From the NCBI GenBank assembly GCA_021325355.1, contig JAJPHI010000016.1, forward strand, positions 103,733-167,732: a stretch of DNA of 64,000 nt. Direction: 5' to 3'. Under the pieces are notes generated by a model. That model saw nothing but the letters and a program-made list of their open reading frames with translations, had not been told where the DNA came from and did no database searches. Positions within the stretch are counted from its first letter, which is position 1, and each line of letters starts with the position of its first letter. Positions 58,108 to 64,000 of the stretch are shown in pieces. The DNA is from Pseudomonadota bacterium. GTDB taxonomy: Bacteria; Desulfobacterota; Binatia; Binatales; Binataceae. The position numbers and the translations under genes were made by a program.

Positions 58108-59340
58108 CTATTGCACGACGGCGCTGGTCTGGCGGCGGCGCAGCAGTTTATCCACGTCGAACTTGAACATCTTTGCCGCATTGAGGCCGAGGATCTTCGC
58201 GCGGCTCTCGTCCTTCAATCCGCCCATCTGACGCTCGATCGATTCGGCGGAATGGGGCCACGATCCCTCATGATGCGGATAATCGTTGGCCCACAGGAAA
58301 TTATCGACCAGGTTGTGCTTCTCGGCCATTTCGAGTCCTACCAGATCTTCCTGGAAGGATGCGGCGCCGTGTTCGCGAAAATACTCGCTCGGCAGTTTCT
58401 TCAGTTTCGGATACGCCCACATATGATGCTTGCGGGCGGCCTCATCCATCGCTTCGAGCGCCCACGCCACCCATCCGATACCGCATTCGATTCCGGCAAA
58501 GCGCAGCTTCGGAAAGCGCTCGAGCACCCCGGAGGCGCAGAGGCAGGCGATCGGCTCGACGGTCGGCGCCAGCGCGTGGGCGGCATAATTGATAATCGCG
58601 CCGCCATCCTTGCGCGCCGCCCGCGGGTCGCGGCCGGTTGAAATATGAAAGGTGATGGCAATGTCGCAATCCTGGATCACCTCCCACATCGGATCGAACA
58701 TCGCCATGTTGTAATTGGGATGACGGGCGTCGTGAGCGCCGAAGATCGGCTTGCACGGCAGATTGATGCCGCGAAAGCCCAGCTTGGCGACACGCTTGAT
58801 TTCGGCGATCGCGCGCTCGATATCATTGGTCATGATCGCGGCGATCGGGGACATGAAATCGTTGTACGGGCCGAAAGTCTCCCAGGCCCAATCGTTCCAC
58901 ACGCGACATTGGGCGGCGCCGAATTCCGGATCGGTCGTCGCCCACATCGAAAGTCCCTTGTTGGGAAACATGATCTCGGCGTCGACGCCGTCGCGGCGAT
59001 GGTCGGCGATACGCTGCTCGGGGGTGAAGCCCGCCTTGTTGCGGATAGCCTCTTCGCCCGTCATGGTGTGGTCGATCATGCGCGAGCGTTGAAAGCCTTC
59101 GGCAATAATCCATTTGACGCCGTTCTCATCGACTTCGATGCGCGGCAGACGATGATGGAACTTCTTATCCAGCCGCTCCTGCCACAAGCCGGTGGGCTCG
59201 TTGGCGTGACAGTCGGCCGAGATCAGCAGGTAGCGGTTGGGATCATCGGGACGGGCGGTCCGCTCCCATCCGGCGTGCCCGGGGGTTTCCAGGCGCCACT
59301 TATTGTTGGCATCGACTTCGAAATTGGTCTCCTCGATCAT
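58108..59340 (-). CDS. amidohydrolase_2 family metal-dependent hydrolase (second paralogue in window)
   Basis: ISADCHANEP N-terminal metal motif and a C-terminal WANDYPHHE. 410 aa. Confidence 0.8.
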   Translation of the reverse strand: MIEETNFEVDANNKWRLETPGHAGWERTARPDDPNRYLLISADCHANEPTGLWQERLDKKFHHRLPRIEVDENGVKWIIAEGFQRSRMIDHTMTGEEAIRNKAGFTPEQRIADHRRDGVDAEIMFPNKGLSMWATTDPEFGAAQCRVWNDWAWETFGPYNDFMSPIAAIMTNDIERAIAEIKRVAKLGFRGINLPCKPIFGAHDARHPNYNMAMFDPMWEVIQDCDIAITFHISTGRDPRAARKDGGAIINYAAHALAPTVEPIACLCASGVLERFPKLRFAGIECGIGWVAWALEAMDEAARKHHMWAYPKLKKLPSEYFREHGAASFQEDLVGLEMAEKHNLVDNFLWANDYPHHEGSWPHSAESIERQMGGLKDESRAKILGLNAAKMFKFDVDKLLRRRQTSAVVQ

Positions 59341-59767
59341 GGTGCCTCCGTCATCAGGATCGCAATCGTAGGATCCGTAGTTTATCGGTCTCTGAGGGTA
59401 TTTTGCGGACTGCGATTTGTCCAGTCAGGGATGGGATCGGGGGCTCATTCCGGCGTCATGCCGAACATTTAAGGCGGAAAACCCGTTGGCCGAAGGACTT
59501 GGAGACGAAAGCTATCCGTTCCAACAGCTCGTGCGCACGGAAAGCGGACGACGCAATATGCGCAGGTTTTGGGAAATCGGCGGGCAAACGCGCGAGGGCG
59601 AACTCAGGATCGGCGGGCTCAACGGGCGCCTGGGAGAATATTGAGGCGCATGCTCAACCCGCGCTCCGGCACGATGCAAATCCAGGCTGGCGTCGCGAAC
59701 CCCGGCCTGGACAACTTGCGATCAGGTCCTTCACGGCCCGCCGCGCTCAGGCGCCGGAACGGCGCTG

Positions 59768-60808
59768 TCAGCGTCGGCGGAAATGCGGAATCACCTCGGC
59801 TGCGAACAGTTTCATGCTTTCATGCACCGCCGCCGCGTCGGCGCCGGGAACGGCCATGTAGAGGACCAGATGGGTGACGCGGGTGCGCCGCAAGTAATCC
59901 TCGATTAGCTCGATCGCGGTGGCCGGCGTGCCGACGATCGGAGGCTCGCCGAACAATCGTGCCGTATCGCTATGGCGCAACTCGCCCACCGGCGGAATGT
60001 TCTGGCCGTATAATTCGTCGCCGGGAAGATCGCTCGCCTCGCGGAACCATTGGCCATAACACGAGAGCATGTAATGCAGGCCGCGCTCGGAATGATCCCA
60101 CGCCTCCTGCGGATGGCGCGCGACGAACGCGTTGCGTAACTGCGCGATTTTGAAATCCGCCGGATTCTTGCCGTGCTCTTTCAACGCCGCATCGTACATC
60201 TGTTGCTGATCCGGGCCGCCGGTGCCGCAGAGGTGATACCCATTGCGCGCCAATCGCGCGATCGATTTCGGTCCGCGGCCCGCGAGCCAGAGTGGCGGAT
60301 GCGGCTGCTGGACGGGTTTAGGCACGAGCGTGATATTGCTCAGGCGGTTGAACCGGCCGTCGAACGAAAATCCGTCTTCGGTCCACGCCCGGCGGATGAT
60401 TTCCGTTCCTTCCTCGAGGCGCGCGCCGCGCTCCTTGCGCGGGACGCCGAAGCCGGTGAACTCGGGCACGCGATAGCCCTGGCCCAGGCCGAGATCGAGA
60501 CGCCCGTTCGAGATGATATCGACGGTCGCGGCGTCTTCGGCCACGCGCAATGGATTATGGAGCGGCAGCAGCAAGACGAAGGTGCCGATACGGATGCGCC
60601 TGGTACGCGCCGCGATCGCGCTCGCGATCGGCAGCAGCGAGGGCGAATAGCCGTCGGGAACGAAGTGATGCTCCGTCAGCCATACGGTGTCGTAACCCAG
60701 TTCTTCAGCGGCGACGCAAAGGTCGAGATGCTTGCGATAGAGATCGACGAACGAGTCGCGGCCGAAGTCCGGACGGCGGAAGGCGAACAGCAATCCAAAA
60801 TCCAACAA
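59768..60808 (-). CDS. LLM class flavin-dependent oxidoreductase (second LLM in window)
   Basis: Luciferase-like TIM barrel (LWLTEHHF...). 346 aa. Confidence 0.8.
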   Translation of the reverse strand: MLDFGLLFAFRRPDFGRDSFVDLYRKHLDLCVAAEELGYDTVWLTEHHFVPDGYSPSLLPIASAIAARTRRIRIGTFVLLLPLHNPLRVAEDAATVDIISNGRLDLGLGQGYRVPEFTGFGVPRKERGARLEEGTEIIRRAWTEDGFSFDGRFNRLSNITLVPKPVQQPHPPLWLAGRGPKSIARLARNGYHLCGTGGPDQQQMYDAALKEHGKNPADFKIAQLRNAFVARHPQEAWDHSERGLHYMLSCYGQWFREASDLPGDELYGQNIPPVGELRHSDTARLFGEPPIVGTPATAIELIEDYLRRTRVTHLVLYMAVPGADAAAVHESMKLFAAEVIPHFRRR

Positions 60809-61418
60809 GGCGGGAACGAAATCCTTTCGCTCGGATATAACCAGCGGCCAACTTACACTTCTTCACCGCGATCGGCGAGACCGCGGCGGAGGTGCCGATC
60901 AGCGCGCAAGCGGCTATGCTCGCACATACAGAGAGAAGCGCGATGACCCAAAACGGGAGCTGAAAAGGCTCTTCTCGTGTCTCACCCGCTGCCGCGATCC
61001 CATCCAAACCCGCGTCCATCAAGGACTTCGTCACACTTTTACCAGATTGCTACTTAACTCGGACAATGGAAATCCGGGTTAAGGGCTGTCGCGAATCCTA
61101 GCTCGATACTTGACGGAACATTCTATCTGCCGGCGGCCTGCGCGGGTGTCGCGGAGAAAGCAGGCGAAAAAATGGATCCGCGAGTCGCGGCGATCAAAAG
61201 GGGCCTTAGGCCGAAGCTTCGCGAGCAGACCCGCAGTCGCCGAAGTGCCGAATCGCTCGTCGCTTTGACGACGTCGTCGGCGGTTTAGCGCAGGTACTTG
61301 CCTGAGAGGCGTTAATCCAGTAAATCAATCGGATAAATTACACAAGTATACAGATAGATTAAAAAGTCTGAAGCCGGACCGCCGTCGGGCGGCCCGCCCA
61401 AGGAGGACAACCAAGCGA

Positions 61419-61679
61419 ATGAACAAAGGCCAGCAGAGAATCTCGCTATCGGCCGCCGCCGCGCTGCTTGCGATCAGCATGGGCGCCTGTTCCTTTCTCC
61501 CGGATCGCAGCACTGCGCCGTCACCGCTCGCCGCCGCGCCGCCGTTAGCCTCGCAGACGCGGCCGAATTACCTCGACTGCGCGATTATCTCGACGGCGAC
61601 GCCGCGAACTTTTGCCTGCCCGGATGGCAGGACCTACACCAGCTTCCAGCTTGCGGGACTGCGGCCGCTCGCCAAATGA
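61419..61679 (+). CDS. small lipoprotein
   Basis: Strong RBS aaggagga 8-10 nt upstream. Signal peptide with lipobox MGAC. 86 aa. Confidence 0.5.
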   Translation: MNKGQQRISLSAAAALLAISMGACSFLPDRSTAPSPLAAAPPLASQTRPNYLDCAIISTATPRTFACPDGRTYTSFQLAGLRPLAK

Positions 61680-61723
61680 CGAACGGGAAAGCCTTTCATA
61701 ACGGGGGAGATTCAGGGGGTACC

Positions 61724-63523
61724 ATGAAGAGGAAGTCTACGATTCCGGCGCGGGTGACGTCGCTGGTCACGCTGGCCGCCTTGCTCGCATCGATGCCGGT
61801 TGTCGCGACCGCCCAGGACACGACCGGAGGGATGCTCAGACTGTACGTCGATCCGCGGACGCATATTGTCTATACCGAGCCCGGCAGGGGTCGCGTCTTA
61901 CTGACCGAAGTGCTGGTGGGCGGCGCGTCGTCACACGCGCTGCAGGAGCAGCAACAGAAGACGCAGCAACAACTTGACCGAACCCAGGAACAGGTGAGCG
62001 AACTGGCCCGGCGTAATCAACGGCTCGAAGCGACCAACCTCGAGCTGACGCGACAGATGGCCGACGTTACTCCGGCCTGGCGCGATTATCTCAACAATCT
62101 GCAGGACAAATTCCGCATCGGGGCGCTGTTCTGGGGTGACTATCGATTTTACAGCCATACCGGTTTCCAGCCGGCCGAGAGTGAGAATTTGACCAACCCC
62201 GGTCCATGGAACAACAATTACAGCTCGTTCGACATCAGTCGTATCTATTTGAATACCTACTTCTTCCCGACTAAAGACGTAACCTTTCGCTTTACGCCGG
62301 AGCTTTACCAGGCCGCGGGTGCGAGCAACGGCGGCACGCAGCCGGCGAACGTCAAGTATGGACAGAATACGGCTTTCGCCAGCAATCTGAACGGTGATTA
62401 CAACCTGCGGCTCAAGTTCGGTCTAATCCAGTACAACACGCTGTGGGACAGGCTCGATGTTCCCTGGCTGAAGGGCGGCACGATCGCCGCCGGCGCTCTG
62501 CCAAACGTTTTCGTGCCGTGGGTCGAGGACCTGTACGGTTTCCGCTATGTAAACCGGCTTTCGTGGAACTATGTCGGCAGTTTGTCATCGGCCCAACTCG
62601 GCATTCAGATGGAAGGACCGGTGAAGCCGTTCGATTCCGAACTGGTTTATGGCGAGTATGCGCTCGGCGTCTACAACAATGCCAATTTCAATCAGTACGA
62701 ACAGGATTCGCAGAAACAGGTGATGGCGCGCGGAACCATTTATCCCTTCGGTTCGCGGTGGCGCTTCCAGGGTCTGGGACTGACGGGCTTCTACAACTAT
62801 GGCTACGGCAGCACGGTGCCGGACAGCGCCAGTATTCCTCAGGGAATGAAGGGCGGCAGCGGACATATCGAGCGCATCTCGGCATTGCTGCATTATGCCG
62901 CGGCGGAGTGGGGCATTGCCGGCGAATTCGATTACGGCGTCAACGCGCTCAGCCTGGCCAACCTCTTCTCCGGCAGCGCGCCTGGTGACCTCTATGGGTT
63001 CCCGACGGGAACGCAGAGTACGACCGCGGGAACCGGCGGAAACACCTCGTGCGCGGCTTCGACGGCGGCGTCAACCAATCCGACCTTCGGATGCTACAAT
63101 CCGCTGAGCGGCTTCGGCGCGCAGACGGGGGCCTGGAGCGCTCTGCTCAACAATGGGCAGGCGCGTCAAGTCGGCGCGAGCCTGTTCGGCCATTTCCATA
63201 TTCCGGGGACGCCCTTTACACCGTTCGGCGCCTTCGAATGGTGGCAACCCAATGACAAGGTGAACCCGGACCCGCTCGACTTCATTCACTTCGTCGCCGG
63301 CGTGAGCTACCAGTACAACGAGTTTCTGCGCTTTGCGATCGATTCGCAGAACACGCTGTTTTATCAGAACCAGATGTCGCTACCGGTGAGCCTGCTGGAA
63401 AAGTTCAACTACGTGCCCGGCGCCAAGCTGAACGGTTACAAGCTGCCGGCGAGCGGCTCGATTCCATACCTGGTGCCGCTGGATACGCACGCGATCTTCG
63501 CGAACGTTGAATTCTCGTACTGA
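61724..63523 (+). CDS. outer-membrane beta-barrel porin-like protein with N-terminal coiled coil (OprO/P-like?)
   Basis: Signal peptide (MKRKSTIPARVTSLVTLAALLASMPVVATAQ), a Gln-rich coiled-coil segment, alternating amphipathic beta-strands rich in Y/F/W, and a C-terminal aromatic residue (…NVEFSY). Confidence 0.6.
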   Translation: MKRKSTIPARVTSLVTLAALLASMPVVATAQDTTGGMLRLYVDPRTHIVYTEPGRGRVLLTEVLVGGASSHALQEQQQKTQQQLDRTQEQVSELARRNQRLEATNLELTRQMADVTPAWRDYLNNLQDKFRIGALFWGDYRFYSHTGFQPAESENLTNPGPWNNNYSSFDISRIYLNTYFFPTKDVTFRFTPELYQAAGASNGGTQPANVKYGQNTAFASNLNGDYNLRLKFGLIQYNTLWDRLDVPWLKGGTIAAGALPNVFVPWVEDLYGFRYVNRLSWNYVGSLSSAQLGIQMEGPVKPFDSELVYGEYALGVYNNANFNQYEQDSQKQVMARGTIYPFGSRWRFQGLGLTGFYNYGYGSTVPDSASIPQGMKGGSGHIERISALLHYAAAEWGIAGEFDYGVNALSLANLFSGSAPGDLYGFPTGTQSTTAGTGGNTSCAASTAASTNPTFGCYNPLSGFGAQTGAWSALLNNGQARQVGASLFGHFHIPGTPFTPFGAFEWWQPNDKVNPDPLDFIHFVAGVSYQYNEFLRFAIDSQNTLFYQNQMSLPVSLLEKFNYVPGAKLNGYKLPASGSIPYLVPLDTHAIFANVEFSY

Positions 63524-63636
63524 GGGGCGCAGCAGCGACGGGGAGGCGGCCAACCCGCCTTCCTGTTGCTGGATGCGCCGCCGGGCCCTATTGCAGCCGC
63601 CGCGTCGAGCTTATGGGGCCGCTTGCGCGGGACAAC

Positions 63637-64000
63637 TTAAGGCGAACCCCTTGCTGATTCGACGTCCGGCTCACCGTTGCCGGTCAAGGGTTGGAAGGCT
63701 TCGAAGGTATGCGTGCGCGTATCGTAGGTGAAGAGTTCCGCGTAACGGCCCCAGTTGATAACCGTGCGCAGGACCCCGTCGGCGTGCTCGGGACTGAGAT
63801 GATCCTCCAGTTCGAGCTGGAAGCGGCGGCGCGGCGCGCGATGCTCCTCGCGCCGGTTCAGGACCTCGACAACATGCGCGGCCAGAGGCACGCAGCGCAC
63901 CAGATGCTGAGCGAAGAGCGCTTTGCGCTCGTCGGTACTCATCTGGGCCAGCCGCGCACCGTCCGCGGTAAGGGTCAGCTCGCCCTCGGTAAGCTCGGCG
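63637..64000 (-). CDS. hypothetical protein (probably larger; upstream part runs off the window end)
   Basis: Track ORF 63637-63942. The frame remains open to the window edge. Confidence 0.35.
   Translation of the reverse strand, partial: AELTEGELTLTADGARLAQMSTDERKALFAQHLVRCVPLAAHVVEVLNRREEHRAPRRRFQLELEDHLSPEHADGVLRTVINWGRYAELFTYDTRTHTFEAFQPLTGNGEPDVESARGSP

Noticed and set aside
59417-59644. 75-aa ORF in the long spacer
   Set aside because: GC3 is about 60 %, well below the genome's coding bias. There is no RBS and no recognisable motif.

Overview
This is a 64 kb window of high-GC (about 65-68 %) bacterial chromosome. The codon bias is strongly GC3-rich, so long spurious antisense ORFs are everywhere. 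An outer-membrane porin-like beta-barrel, lipoproteins, Sec components and EF-P suggest a diderm soil bacterium, perhaps Acidobacteria- or Rokubacteria-like, but that is not provable from the sequence alone. The window is mostly housekeeping and metabolic genes: an isc Fe-S operon, zwf/tkt/pgl, hisG/hisI, secF, efp, fabF/fabH, trmI and a GlgE-type trehalose-to-alpha-glucan cluster (glgE, fused treS-mak, GH15). It also carries a hybrid HK / LuxR two-component pair, ars-like genes, chrA, TetR plus a DHA2 MFS pump, several LLM oxidoreductases, amidohydrolase_2 enzymes and tandem paralogues (two Zn-ADHs, two SAM-MTases). I found no rRNA, tRNA, CRISPR, transposase or integrase.

The points most worth a second look are:
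- a 107-codon coding-like ORF between secF and iscS with no ATG, GTG or TTG in frame, sitting in frame 9 codons after the secF stop;
- an isc operon without iscR and fdx, whose HscB has a eukaryote-like N-terminal Cys4 finger, followed by an unknown protein with a histone-like tail;
- an EF-P whose modified-tip position (Lys34 or Arg32 in characterised EF-Ps) is Asn, flanked by an RNA (THUMP) methyltransferase and two perfect GC-rich palindromes;
- an ArsC-like LMW-PTP with a degenerate P-loop;
- two sub-60-aa genes missed by the ORF track, a DUF3309 membrane peptide and a Zn-ribbon peptide.

Coordinates taken from the ORF track are exact. Coordinates I derived by hand may be off by 1-2 nt, and I noticed one 1-nt inconsistency between my reading and the track near 50164/50281.
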